This document shows positions 14,182 to 28,715 of a stretch of 64,000 bases of DNA, piece after piece. A model generated the notes under the pieces. It was not told the DNA's origin, searched no databases, and worked only from the letters and a program-made list of their open reading frames with translations. Location: contig OZ024742.1 in assembly GCA_964016885.1 (NCBI GenBank), forward strand, positions 216,380,001 through 216,444,000, read 5' to 3'. The stretch's first letter is position 1. Every line of letters starts with the position of its first letter. The DNA comes from Eledone cirrhosa. Taxonomy: Eukaryota. A program made the position numbers and the translations under genes.

Positions 14182-16256
14182 CAGATACGATTGGAAATTA
14201 ATGTTATTCATAGAATTGTTATTCTACTTGCTCGAGTTCTGTCTAACACACTAACTTCATTGCTCACTTCCTCATATCATCTCCAGTTCGATCTGAAAAA
14301 TAGCAACTTATATCATTGTTATGATCAAATGAATAACTTCGGGGCAATGCATTTGTCAATTCCACGTTGGTCCTTGAACCATATACCACATTAATGAATA
14401 TTAATGTTTATTGATGTTTTTTTGTTTGTCTGTTGTTGGTTTATTTATTCTATTTTCATTTGTTTGTTTGTTGTTGCATTAGGCTTTTATTTCGTTGGTT
14501 TTTAATTTGTTTCATTCCTGATATGTTTTTGTGCTGTTGCTGCTGTCGTCTTTCTTTGTAATTGTTGTGGCTTCTTATCGTCGCTTTAGATGCTATGGAA
14601 CCGGAATAAAACACTTCTTAACATATAACAGTTGATTATAGTGTTTTACGTTGAGGATGGCGTTGAATCACTCTTCCAGCCGATTTTGAAGAAGAACAGG
14701 ATTGATTAAATGAATCTCGAGACCCAACTAGTACGACGCTGGAAGGATAAAAGGCAGAGGCGAACTCAGAATGTAAAGTCCCTGAACAAATACAACAGGA
14801 CATTTTATCCGGCGTTTTAACGATTCTACCAATCCACCACTCTGATTATCAGCCTAATAACTATATCTTACATATGTACAATACCAGATTATACGGCAAG
14901 AGGTAGAATAGTTGCATTCTATGGATACCATCATTTGAATGACAACAATAACAACAACAACTATATGAAGAATATAAATATGGCTGCCAGATAAATCAGT
15001 ATTCTAACTTTTGTTTTCGTGAATCATTTTTCTTCAGCTAGATGATACGTATTTTGATGATAATTTTACGATCCATTTGCAACACAGTTCCCGAATAATG
15101 TAGATATAAATACATATATTACTGTCAACGAATAATCGAAACTCTTTCAATTTTATTTCAAGCTATTTTACTTCATTTATATGAATGATGTTTGCATATT
15201 GTCGAACGTATATTGCAGCTTTATGTGCCTAGTCAGAAAAAACCCAATGTTACTCCACTGCTCTCGAACAAAATAGGTAAGCTATATTCGAACCCCTGTT
15301 CATTCAACCTATACGATCCTAAAAAAATTCGAGTGAGAAATAGACTGACATCTATTGCTTGTATGTATTTATATTTTGTTTCCTATATCGTTTGACAATA
15401 TATAGCTTTGCTTCTATGAATACCTTAATATTCTACTTAGAATATTCTACTTAACATTCGTATAAATTTACTCAACATATTCGTAATTATTCTAGATAGG
15501 CATTATTTGGAAATCATTTGGAAATATCTTTCATACCAATGTTAAAGATGTTCAACTATTTTATTCACAGAGTAAAATGTTATGGCTTAAAACTATGACT
15601 GATGTGAATATTCGTCTAATACGTCAAATCATTTTATGATTCTACGGATTTTATATTCTTAAAATACTACCTGATTCATTTGAAGTTTGATGAAACTGTA
15701 TAAATCTAGAAAATTGTTTTGTTTGAAAAGAGAAACAAGTCATGTTTATTTTTAAATATTATCACATACAGGGTCTAAGAATATCATTAAAAATATTGGA
15801 ATGTTTTTTCACTTTCTGTTGTTACCTGTTTTATGTTATATGACAATCTTTCTGGATTAAATATGTTTAATTCATTCACTTACGTCATTGATTATTTTTC
15901 TATGAATATATAAAATTTCAAGAAACATTTAGAGAAAAAATAAAAATTATTACACTATGATAATTCATGGAAATGGATTCCTGGTGAAAGGGTATGAGTG
16001 AGATATTTTATTTTATTCATTTAAAGAATAGGGATTTCATGAGAAGTCTTTTCTGTAACAAAATGTAAAATAATAAAAACAAGTACCTTAACTCCTTTAT
16101 TGAATTGAACAGCTTCGGAAGACATCATGTAGTTTGATACTTTTTCTTTTGCATATATATATATATATATGTAGGACGTGAGTTTTATTGTAGTACAATA
16201 AAGCAATGCAGATATGGGATAAGAAGCACTCTACAGTTTGTAGGACTGGAGTATAA

Positions 16257-16586
16257 ATAATATATAAGATCAAAAGATGGTTAAAAGAGTTCCATGTATT
16301 TTATTATGCGCATTTCAAAAACAAATATCATCATGCAATAACATTTGCGTTTTCGTCACATAAAATAGGGAGATAAAATATGAAGGTTAAAACACACTTG
16401 TGAATAGTGCAGTTTTAAATCAACATATGTTGATTTAAAACTGCACTATTCACAAGTGTGTTTTAACCTTCATATCATGTCTCCCTATTTTATCTGACGA
16501 AAACGCAAATGTTATTGCATGATGATATTCGTTTTTGAAATGCGCATAATAAAATACATGGAACTCTTTTAACCATCCTTTGATCT

Positions 16587-16596
<10 letters not shown>
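16257..16596. repeat. Spacer-less 340-bp palindrome (fold-back of an HHR-bearing element)
   Basis: Arms of about 170 bp centred on caacat|atgttg (16426/16427). The right arm matches 43506-43676. Confidence 0.92.
16486..16556 (+). ncRNA. Type I hammerhead ribozyme
   Basis: Stem I tattttat/ataaaata; CTGACGA; long stem II; GAAA; palindromic stem III A-tgcgca-T; then A (AUA site). Confidence 0.8.
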
Positions 16597-16616
<20 letters not shown>

Positions 16617-16619
<3 letters not shown>

Positions 16620-17620
16620 AAAGGGTATGGATATTCCAACAGGCACGAAGTACCTACAGAAATATGCATGGTGTTTATAATAGTTGTGGTTCGATGGTAC
16701 TAATTTGAGATACCAGAACTATAAAAATGAGCGGAACAAGTGATCATCAAACAATCTTTTAAATAAATTAAAAAACGATTTAAATATTGACCCGTTCTAT
16801 TGCCGTTACCGACGGTTTCATTAATCAAAAGATTGGAAATTCGAAGAATTTCCAATGGAAAGAATTAGATATTCAGATAGCTATTTCCGTACCATAAGAG
16901 TATAAAGTCTCATAGTAAGAGCAAATATCGCTTCCTGCCCGTTGCATGGCGTCAGGCCGTTAAATTCTTACTATGAGACTTTATACTCTTATGGAACGGA
17001 AATAGCTGTCTTAAGATCTAATTCTTTCCATTGGAAATTCTCCGAATTTCCAATCTTTTGAAACCGTCGGTAACGGCAATAGAACGGGTGAATATTTAAA
17101 TCATTTTTTAATTTATTTAAAAGATTGTTTGATGATCACTTGTTCCGCTCATTTTTATAGTTCTGGTATCTCAAATTAGTACCATCGAACCACAACTATT
17201 ATAAACACCATGAATATTTCTGTAGGTACTTGGTGCCTGTTGGAATATCCATACCCTTTTATAATTATTCTCCTATATGTAGAGAACAAAAGGTTGTATC
17301 GCGCTCCTATTTTTAGCAGCATTATCAACAAGTTTATAATATCCCGCTTTTACTTGTGGCCTATTGTTTGTGTCTGTGTTACTTTAACGGCTTGACCCCA
17401 TGCAACGGGCAGGAAGCGATATTTTCTCTTACTATGAGACTTTATACTCTTATGGTACGGAAATAGCTGTCTGGAGATCTAATTCTTTTCATTGGAAATT
17501 CTCCGAATTTCCAATCTTTTGATTAGTGAAACCGTCGGTAACGGCAATAGAACGGGTGAATATTTAGATAGTTTTTTAATTTATTTAAAAGATTGTTTGA
17601 TGATCACTTGTTCTGCTCAT

Positions 17621-17625
<5 letters not shown>
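16617..17625 (+). mobile_element. PLE-type element: 5' inverted segment plus about 1.4 tandem units of about 465 bp, each with a degenerate hammerhead
   Basis: 16617-16963 is inverted relative to the downstream sequence; 16965 onward repeats at about 17428. HHR at about 17005-17077 and 17466-17545: gctgt-C(TT/TG)(A/G)AGA-long stem II-GAAA-ccgtcgg-TA-acggc. Confidence 0.75.
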
Positions 17626-17672
<47 letters not shown>

Positions 17673-18355
17673 CAAATTTGGACGGGAACGAAACAGAGAG
17701 GCAGACAAATAAAGGTTTATTAGATTCACGCTATTGCGAGTGGGGGTGGGGAACGACGTTTCGCGCATAAGCCCTTCTTCGGGAGAAAATAGGTTAAAGT
17801 CTTACTATGAGTTCCGAGAGTGTGTGGAGTAGGGGTGGAAATACATTTACAGAAAAGGGGGAAGGAGAACAAATAAAAATAAAAATAAACGTAAAAATAA
17901 ACATAAGAATAAACAATAAAATGAACAAATGGTGGAAGGGTGTGAGGCGTGTAAGGGTGGTGGCAGGTGGAGTTTGGTCGAAGTGGGGAAGGCTGAAGGT
18001 GGTGTTTGTGTATGTGTGTAGGCGTCGTGTGTGTGTGTGCGTGTGTGTGTATGTGAGAGTTGGAGGAAGAACAAGGTTTCATGTTGAGGAAAAGGTGTGT
18101 GCGTGGGGTGGGGTGTAAGTCGGTGTGTGCGTGTGTGTGGAAGAAGAAGGGGGTCAAAGGCTTGGGGGAGGGGGCGTGTGGATTCCGGAGGTTGAGTGTG
18201 TTTATGTGGGTGTACGCACATATATATATATATATTTTAGGGATTGTAAAGTCAAGTTAATGTTGGTACACCCACGTGAGCACTCGATGCGTAGTTTCTA
18301 GTATGTACTTTGGTGTTGTACTAAGCAGAGTGTAATATTAATAATAAGTATCATT

Positions 18356-18541
18356 GGTGGATTGGCAGTATCGGTAGAGGGTCGGACGCCATGCTTTCCA
18401 GCATAGTTACGTCCCTTTACGATCTGAGTTCAAATCCCGCCGAGGTTGACTTTGCCTTTCATCCTTACGGGGTGGATAAAATAAAGTACCAGTAATGCAC
18501 TGGGTAATTGCTGGCCTTGTGCCTAAAGTAGAAACAATTAT
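18356..18541 (+). mobile_element. tRNA-derived SINE
   Basis: A-box-like and B-box motifs plus the family core. Confidence 0.85.
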
Positions 18542-18608
18542 TAATAATAAGCGAACAGAAGTGTCAGGAGCTTTTGATTCCAGAGCCGAGCCCCATCGAT
18601 AGAGATCG

Positions 18609-18675
<67 letters not shown>

Positions 18676-18689
18676 ATAGTAATAATAAT

Positions 18690-19120
18690 AAAATTGAAGA
18701 CTAAAATCCAAAGAGGGCTCGATACCATTTACGTGGTTTTGTCTTTGCGTGCTATTGTTCTCCACGCTCCACATATGACTTATTATCTTCGTTTTTTCGT
18801 TCATTGCCAGAGAACGTCTCTATGCACCACCTAAGAGAACATTAGTCTACGACCTCTTTATACCATAAACGTCGTTTTGTCTTTGCGCGTAATTGTTTTT
18901 CACCGCTCTTATTAATGACGTATTATTCGTTTTTTCCCGTTCTTTGCCAGAGAACGTTGCCACGAACCAAAGTATCGTCTTCCTGCCTTCCTCCGGCTGC
19001 AACGTTTTTTGAAATATCCAGTTCTGCGTTTACAGATTGACTTTGTTAGTTTCAGAAGATCCCGTTAAGGGTGAAAGCAGCGATTCTTTGCTTAAACTTT
19101 AATCTGTTATTTTAATAAAT
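18690..19120 (+). mobile_element. Non-coding element with an internal tandem duplication of about 140 bp and a 3' hammerhead, between (TA)n tracts
   Basis: 'ataccat..acgt.gttttgtctttgcg...tgccagagaacgt' occurs twice (about 18722 and 18859). The 3' end is shared with 7523-7640. Confidence 0.6.
19048..19098 (+). ncRNA. Type I hammerhead ribozyme variant (CAGAAGA core)
   Basis: agttt-CAGAAGA-t.ccc.gttaa.ggg.t-GAAA-gca.gcgattctt.tgc-TT-aaact. Stem I extends via acagattga/ttaatctgt. Confidence 0.65.
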
Positions 19121-19142
19121 ATATATATAATATATATATATA

Positions 19143-19250
<108 letters not shown>

Positions 19251-19370
19251 TATAGACATAGAATATTCGAAAATATTCTGTATGTTTATAATAAACATTT
19301 TGAAGACCTAATCGCTATAGAATAGAATACGTCACGTATTACAATTAGATTCTCGATAAAAGCAAGGGAA

Positions 19371-19413
19371 GTAATCTACGCGTTTCATTCTCGTTAGAAA
19401 TCATCAGGACTAC
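19371..19413 (-). ncRNA. Minimal type I hammerhead ribozyme (copy 1 of 5)
   Basis: Minus strand: gtagtc-CTGATGA-t.ttct.aacg.agaa.t-GAAA-cgcg-TA-gattac. Outer 16-bp stem 19349-19364/19422-19437. Confidence 0.85.
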
Positions 19414-19680
19414 ATATCCAGTGCTTTTATCGAGAATGACACAGCTAGAGACTTATAGAATACTTAGCTGTGTACAGGAACTGGTTTGAAAGAGCGGTTG
19501 CCGGTCCGGCAGAAATTAGAAATTGGAATAAATGCTCTGAAATAGCGATATATATGTGAATATAGACATAGAATATTCGAAAATATTCTGTATGTTTATA
19601 ATAAACATTTTGAAGACCTAATCGCTATAGAATAGAATACGTCACGTATTACAATTAGATTCTCGATAAAAGCAAGGGAA

Positions 19681-19723
19681 GTAATCTACGCGTTTCATTC
19701 TCGTTAGAAATCATCAGGACTAC
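19681..19723 (-). ncRNA. Minimal type I hammerhead ribozyme (copy 2)
   Basis: Identical to 19371-19413 (+310). Confidence 0.85.
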
Positions 19724-19990
19724 ATATCCAGTGCTTTTATCGAGAATGACACAGCTAGAGACTTATAGAATACTTAGCTGTGTACAGGAACTGGTTTGAA
19801 AGAGCGGTTGCCGGTCCGGCAGAAATTAGAAATTGGAATAAATGCTCTGAAATAGCGATATATATGTGAATATAGACATAGAATATTCGAAAATATTCTG
19901 TATGTTTATAATAAACATTTTGAAGACCTAATCGCTATAGAATAGAATACGTCACGTATTACAATTAGATTCTCGATAAAAGCAAGGGAA

Positions 19991-20033
19991 GTAATCTACG
20001 CGTTTCATTCTCGTTAGAAATCATCAGGACTAC
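19991..20033 (-). ncRNA. Minimal type I hammerhead ribozyme (copy 3)
   Basis: Identical (+620). Confidence 0.85.
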
Positions 20034-20300
20034 ATATCCAGTGCTTTTATCGAGAATGACACAGCTAGAGACTTATAGAATACTTAGCTGTGTACAGGAA
20101 CTGGTTTGAAAGAGCGGTTGCCGGTCCGGCAGAAATTAGAAATTGGAATAAATGCTCTGAAATAGCGATATATATGTGAATATAGACATAGAATATTCGA
20201 AAATATTCTGTATGTTTATAATAAACATTTTGAAGACCTAATCGCTATAGAATAGAATACGTCACGTATTACAATTAGATTCTCGATAAAAGCAAGGGAA

Positions 20301-20343
20301 GTAATCTACGCGTTTCATTCTCGTTAGAAATCATCAGGACTAC
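20301..20343 (-). ncRNA. Minimal type I hammerhead ribozyme (copy 4)
   Basis: Identical (+930). Confidence 0.85.
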
Positions 20344-20610
20344 ATATCCAGTGCTTTTATCGAGAATGACACAGCTAGAGACTTATAGAATACTTAGCTG
20401 TGTACAGGAACTGGTTTGAAAGAGCGGTTGCCGGTCCGGCAGAAATTAGAAATTGGAATAAATGCTCTGAAATAGCGATATATATGTGAATATAGACATA
20501 GAATATTCGAAAATATTCTGTATGTTTATAATAAACATTTTGAAGACCTAATCGCTATAGAATAGAATACGTCACGTATTACAATTAGATTCTCGATAAA
20601 AGCAAGGGAA

Positions 20611-20653
20611 GTAATCTACGCGTTTCATTCTCGTTAGAAATCATCAGGACTAC
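20611..20653 (-). ncRNA. Minimal type I hammerhead ribozyme (copy 5)
   Basis: Identical (+1240). Confidence 0.85.
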
Positions 20654-20992
20654 ATATCCAGTGCTTTTATCGAGAATGACACAGCTAGAGACTTATAGAA
20701 TACTTAGCTGTGTACAGGAACTGGTTTGAAAGAGCGGTTGCCGGTCCGGCAGAAATTAGAAATTGGAATAAATGCTCTGAAATAGCGATATATATGTGAA
20801 TATAGACATAGAATATTCGAAAATATTCTGTATGTTTATAATAAACATTTTGAAGACCTAATCGCTATAGAATAGAATACGTCACGTATAGCGATTAGGT
20901 CTTCAAAATGTTTATTATAAACATACAGAATATTTTCGAATATTCTATGTCTATATTCACATATATATCGCTATTTCAGAGCATTTATTCCA

Positions 20993-21330
<338 letters not shown>

Positions 21331-22180
21331 AACCAGGTTTAAAAGTGCCCTAGACACGCCGTATGACGGTGCCTCTACGACTCCATAAGTAATTATGGGA
21401 TCTTTATCCTTATCCCTATAGGAAACGTGTGAGGGAACCAATGCAATGCAGTCTGTATATATGTATACATATATATTTGTGTCAATGTGGGTATGTGTAT
21501 GTATGTACTTGTACGATTACTACGTGTGAGAGAGTGTGTGCGTAGGCATTTTATGCACGTGTGTGTGTATGTGTGTGATCGTGTTTACGTGGATATATTT
21601 CTGTATTTATATTTATAGCCGTTAATTTTGGTTTTGTTTATAATGGGTTTTTTTCTTGTAATGCTCAGAATAAGTGCGTCCGTTGAATTATAAGCCCGTG
21701 TTTGGTCATTCTATATGCCCTGTTTGTGGTTTTGCTGGTTCGTCAACAGATTTCATGTGATTTTTGTTGTGTTAACACTGGTCTGAGGATCAGGCTGTCT
21801 TGGAATCTGGTCTGGGCTACCAACCCAGATCACGAGCGAGATAGCAACTTCTAAATATATTTCTCTGAAAATATCGTTTATATTCAGTAGTTACACCACA
21901 GATCCTTCTTTTTGCTCTTTCACGGTTTTTCAATTTTATTTTTTATACCAATCTTCAGTAGCTAAATGGAGCATTGATGACCAGAGTGGAATGCTGCGTG
22001 AAGGGGGTCTGTTTAACATGATCGACATAATGATTTACGGTAAACCATCATTCCTGATTTTCTATGTACACCAAAGCCTACCGCGAACTTTAAAGTGTTC
22101 CTATATCAGAAGCTCACCACATCCACTAAACCGTTATACCTCCTCTGTGCAAACACCCATTACCTGTTTCCAGCAATAAT

Positions 22181-22234
22181 ACATCCCTGTTATTCTGACT
22201 GAGGGTGTCTCCTCAGTCAGAATAACAGGGATGT
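22181..22234. repeat. Perfect 24-bp inverted repeat with a 6-nt loop
   Basis: acatccctgttattctgactgagg-gtgtct-cctcagtcagaataacagggatgt. Confidence 0.9.
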
Positions 22235-23106
22235 TATTTCTCTAAACTCATCTATTTTCACTTAAACATCTTCGATATTGACCAGTTTTCAACGAACCCG
22301 CGTGATATATTGACTACAACTGTCTTAACATGCGCCCCACGATGCACAAACACGAATCCTAGAATTTCCAATAGACCTCATGTAAAATTTTACCTTAATA
22401 TGTCACGAGTAACAGGTCAACATTTGTAGGTCAAGATATCATAATGTACCAAGAAATAACGCTGACACAAAATCCTCATGAATTGATAATACACGTCTGA
22501 AACTAAAAAAATACCCAAACGTGTGCCTATGTTATCGAAGCCTGTTCTATAACTGGAATGATTGGTGCATATAGTATAAATACTCAGTGTTTATAGTGAA
22601 ACATTATATAATAGCGAACACTGTTGATGTGTGCCCCATCACCATTACTAAGACCTAAGCACCGGATGTGCTGCATGCCTACAACCTTTACATTTAGATC
22701 ATTTCTAAAAACAATAAACACATGAGTCAGCGCTCGTCTCGTCGTATATTTGCATTGTAAATGTGTTTCACATACAACGCTATCAGGGAACGCTAGCAAA
22801 TACCACTGTCTGAATTCGTAGAATGGCGCGACTTCAGTCGTGTGTTTTGTTGTATAAAATCGGTAATGATTCATTGTTTTTCATTTTATTCGTTTACATA
22901 TTAGTTGGGTTTCTGGGTATGTCCTGTGGATTCTACCTCGAATTTCAAGACCCCCAAACGTAGTATCTATGTAATAGTTAACCTCAGAAATTTAACATTA
23001 AAAATGGTCTACAAGGTTCGATTTTACACGAGTATATACGGTATATATACATAAAGCCAAACAATTCTTCTACTATCCCCCCTCGCTGAAGTCTATATTC
23101 ATTTAT

Positions 23107-23328
23107 GGTGCTACACTTGCTGAGTGGTTAGAGAATTGGAATCGCAATCGATAGGTTGTGAGTTCGATTCACGGACCGGGTGATGCGTTATGTCCTTGAG
23201 CAAGACACTTTAATTCATGTAACCCCTTCTACCTGGTGTTGCGACCGATAGATAGTATTAGCAATTGGAAAGACCAATGGAAACATTGTTTCCTCGGTCC
23301 GATTTGCGGAAAGTCGATCGAATGTCGA
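23107..23328 (+). mobile_element. tRNA-derived SINE of a second family (CORE-like central motif)
   Basis: gagtggttag...gagttcgattc, then tgtccttgagcaagacacttta. Paralogous to 51170-51400. Confidence 0.7.
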
Positions 23329-23332
23329 TATA

Positions 23333-23367
<35 letters not shown>

Positions 23368-23397
23368 GAATATATATATGTATATATATATATATAT

Positions 23398-23457
<60 letters not shown>

Positions 23458-23460
23458 GAC

Positions 23461-23525
<65 letters not shown>

Positions 23526-23526
23526 C

Positions 23527-23627
<101 letters not shown>

Positions 23628-23894
23628 ATGTGTGAGTATGTGCGTATGTGTGAGTATGTGCGTGTGTGCATGATATTGTAAATATGTAAGCTATTTGCAT
23701 CTGTGTCATTGTACCAATCGATAGAGGAACTCTTTCAATTTCGAATAAACTAAACTAAATCAATAAAGTGCTCTATGAAACTAAATCAGAAATGATACGA
23801 GATTCAAATCATGAAAGATTCACGTTGAGAGTTAATTTTTAGAATTGGGTGAAAGCACGACACTGCACAGTTTCTATACATTATATGGATACTT

Positions 23895-23952
<58 letters not shown>

Positions 23953-23956
<4 letters not shown>

Positions 23957-24168
23957 CGAAGTAAATGTGGTAAGGAACCAGGTGGACCATAACGCACGAA
24001 AGTACTCAATACTTAGGGTAGTAGAATAGGTAATAGGAACGAGTAAGACCCCGACGGCTGAGCTCGAGCCGTTTCGACGGCTAATTCTGGACTAGCCGTC
24101 TGGACTAGCCGTCTGGACTAGCCGTCGAAACGGCTTGAGCTCAGCCGTCGGGGTCCTACTCGTTCCTA
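23953..24168 (-). mobile_element. PLE-type pLTR fragment with inversion and partial hammerhead (copy of 4101-4284)
   Basis: Reverse-complement match; three tandem ctggactagccgt units at the inversion junction; (TA)n on both sides. Confidence 0.65.
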
Positions 24169-24386
24169 TATATATATATATATATTAGAAATTGAGGTTT
24201 GTTTTAACACAATGAAAAATAACCGAGGTGTCCTACACAAGTGAATGTATAAAGAAAAAAAGATGAAATCGAAAATGCAACTGGAGTCTTATTCTTAAAA
24301 AATATATATATTTATTTGGTTCCTTTACCGGTTTCGCAGTTCTGCTTTTCAAAGGTAGAGTTGAGATGGAGGGTCTGTGGTTTTTC

Positions 24387-24801
<415 letters not shown>

Positions 24802-27800
24802 AACGGTTGCACTTATGGCTCCAGAGATACTTTATTCGATTCGTTCCCCTTTTATTAGTCATAAATGTTTGCTTCTCGGCGGCTATATATGCTAATATAT
24901 ATAATGAAACCTTTTGGATAAAGGCAAATATATATGCTTTTATATTTATTTTGTATCATCATCTATCTAAATGCATGCATATATCTATATCCTAAAGTTT
25001 GTGTATATGTAATATACACAAACATTAGGCTATAGATACATGTTTGCCTTTTTGTGATGTTTTGTATATACATAATTGTACACATACATGCACTTCTATT
25101 GATGTATACCTACAAACTATGCGTACGCGTATAGGTGTGTACATGCGTCTCTGAGTTCAGATAAATACACAACATTCACATGTATTGTCACAAATGATCG
25201 ATTTTTCTTTGGAAGAATTATCTTGAAACAAATATGAACTTAAAACTATTCTTAATCTCGGTTATGCCTGAATGATTAAGTGGCTCGCTTTACAACCACA
25301 ACGTTCCTGATTCGATCTAAGTACCTCGCACCCTGTACACACTACAGTTTCAGTTGTGCTTGAGTTTGCCATTTCTATTGGTTAGTCTACAAGAAAGCAA
25401 TGCCTATGACTCCATTTCGGAGACTTACAAAGACGAGAGTAAAGAGGAAAGAAGGTATCTTCAAGTCAAAGAGAGATCGGTTGTGAATGCTTTCAACAGA
25501 CTAGGCTTAACTAAGATAACCCAGTGGGCCGGTTGGAGGGTGAAACAAGGATAGACTAAATCTACAACCTATATACCTTTGATGGGATTTAAATAGCACA
25601 AAGTAATAGATCTGACGTCCATACAACTTAAACAGTCTAGAACGCTAGAGAGTTACTTTATTCATCAATCCCGGCACAATGAGAGTATTAAATAAATGAG
25701 AAATAATATAAAGGATAAAGTAAAGGGAAATGAAGGGGAAATAAATGAGAAAAGAAGAAAAACATGAATGTTGAGGAGAAGTTCTTGGTTGGATTGAACT
25801 CAGAACGCAAGAATCTGAAATATTTACTGCATTGGAGTTCGTCCAACATTTTAAATATTGTGCCAGTTCACTATTACTAACTGGTCGATAAAAATAATAT
25901 GCTGCTATATTTCTTTCCATCAATAAAGGGCTCTTCATCTTACGCTATGGAAATTCTAATCTATTACTAACAGAAATTATTTTAAGGTATATGTATAAAA
26001 ATAATTGCGATTTATGTCCACATTTTATAATATGTTAATTCAATGATATGCAGCAATATGATAGGATGTTCCAATTCATACAAAGGTAAATGCACGCGCA
26101 ATAACGATTAAAGTCATAATATTACTGTATTTATTCAACGACCTGTTCGAAGCAATACTAAACGTGACGATTAAACATGGATAACAAAAATATAAAACAG
26201 AAAATTCGAAACTAAATTCTCTGCATGGAGATACTTTAGTTCATAGAAATTTTAAATGTATGTAAGTTCAAAACGGTAATCTACGTCATATATACATGGG
26301 TCAATTTAAAAAGCTACTTGGTAGTATAATGTAATGCTGATTTCCTACTCAATTGCTATACAAGCTATGCAAGTTATGTGCTCTCTATCAAAGAATATAT
26401 CATTATATTCATATAACTAAGTAGGGATGTATTATATGCGTATGTGAGAGTAGAAACAATAGAAACTGCCGTTCGTAAATGCGTAATGATAGACGAGAAT
26501 CAGTTGTAATAAGGTTAAATCATTAAATAGACGTTATAGTAGACTTCATGGACATTTATGAGGCCTGAAACAGCAGTAGAAAAATATATTTGTCATAAAT
26601 CAATGGTATCTATCAAAAAGAAATGTCACTTGTGATTTAGTAAGAACATGATTATATGTTATAAATATATTTGCCTGGTTGTGTACGGACGTGCTCTGTC
26701 TCCTGAATAAAGATGGCCGATTCACTCGACGTCTATAATAGTTGAATGTTTTTTTGTCTCTGCTGCCTTGCTGCTTTGCTTTTTTGTTCTGTGATTAATA
26801 AGTACGATAAAGATAGCGACTATTATGCAGCTAGTCACAGGAAGCCGTGCTGACGTTTTTTTCATTTTTATTTTTTTATTTTTGGTAAAGGGCAGTTATA
26901 TTTGCTTTATTTTCTCTTTAATATCAATTGCTTAGAACTGTATTTATGTGCCGTTAAACCCTTTTGATTAATACATGAAACAGCGGACACTTTTTTAAAA
27001 TACGTTCAGCTATAGTATTAACAGTGGAATTGCAGTGAAAAGTATTTTAGGACAGATATAATAACTATAGTCTATTGATAGAAAGCAAATGCATAACAGG
27101 TGGTTATATTATTACACTGTAACAATGAAAGACAAAATCAGCTCTGGTGATACTAAGATATTTAGATAGTGTTTCAAAGGACTTTTGTGGCCACCGCATC
27201 CTCTGCTGCAGAATATCAAGAATTGTCGAACAGAATAAATTAGGAATATAATTTCATATATCAGCAGAGACATATGATCGAAAGTTTCCTATGTGTTGTC
27301 ACCCTGTCCTATCATTTCAGATATCGCGATATCTTGTTAGTATAACTATGTTATTCAGTGTCCAACAAAACTCACACACGGATGCGCGCACTCACACACT
27401 CACACACACACACGCGCGCGCATGCGCGTACATATTAATATATATATATATATATATTTATATATGGTAGACCGGTTGTGTTGGCATGGCATTAATCCAA
27501 CCAGCAAACCACAGTTTAATTAGAAAATAGCACTTATCGTCTTATGTGTCTTCCCAATTATGATGTGATATCGCATGGGCAGTACAGATATTGCATACTG
27601 CAATAATAAAATACGAAGGCCAGATTTCCATAATTTCTTTTATTGCCTAATTACCCATAATACACATTTCTGTGGTGCCATTATTGCCTCATGATGCTAT
27701 AACGCAATTACTCACACGTCGTCAGACATCCTCTTACATAATACATTTATTATATAATCCATTTCTAAGGCATTGAAAACTATATACAGACCTACATTGT

Positions 27801-28558
27801 TATCTTTTTAGTATATATATATATAGACGGAATTATGGGTAAAAATCTAGCTGCCAGAATATTTATAACAGTAGGCAACGACGGAATTTGAACTCAAAAT
27901 CTCACAGGCCGGAACAAATATTGTAAGACATTGCGTCGGACACTCTAATGATTACGCAGGTCCACTTCCCCAGACGAGTAATTTATTTATCGTTGCTGCA
28001 AGAATGAAATAAAAATCTCTTCTCGAACGAAGCAAAGCGATCTCAAATATAAAAAAATATCTTGAAAAATACAAAAATAATATATAAATTATTCAGGAAA
28101 CAGGCTTTAATACATTGTTTATTTTTTATTTGCTTTTACATTTAAAATATTTTATTCAACTCTTCATATTAATTGTGATTACTTACGATATATTTACTAT
28201 TTCATGAAGATAGACATTTGTATATTGAAAATGATGTTAAGTCAACTAATATATTTTCCTGTCATCAGACCAGATATTTCAATTTATTCAAATTGATACT
28301 TCATTCTAACTCATTTAATACATTTTTATTTATAAGGTATGTTTATGAGTTTTCCCAAGAACTTATCAAATGTCATTCTAGTCAATCATCATAATGAATT
28401 ACATAGGTTTATTATATTTTTCATATTTCATTTTTACTTTCGCTCGAATCACAAGTTCCCTCTAATGTAATGTGTGCTCACTCACTCATAGATATAGTCA
28501 CACACTCGAATAGTGGAATCTTACACAGGTACGTTTTATTATATAGTAGAACACAAAT

Positions 28559-28715
<157 letters not shown>

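Noticed and set aside
26700-26860. YY1-like AAGATGGCCG in unique-looking sequence (possible host promoter)
   Set aside because: A single short motif with no exon or ORF support.
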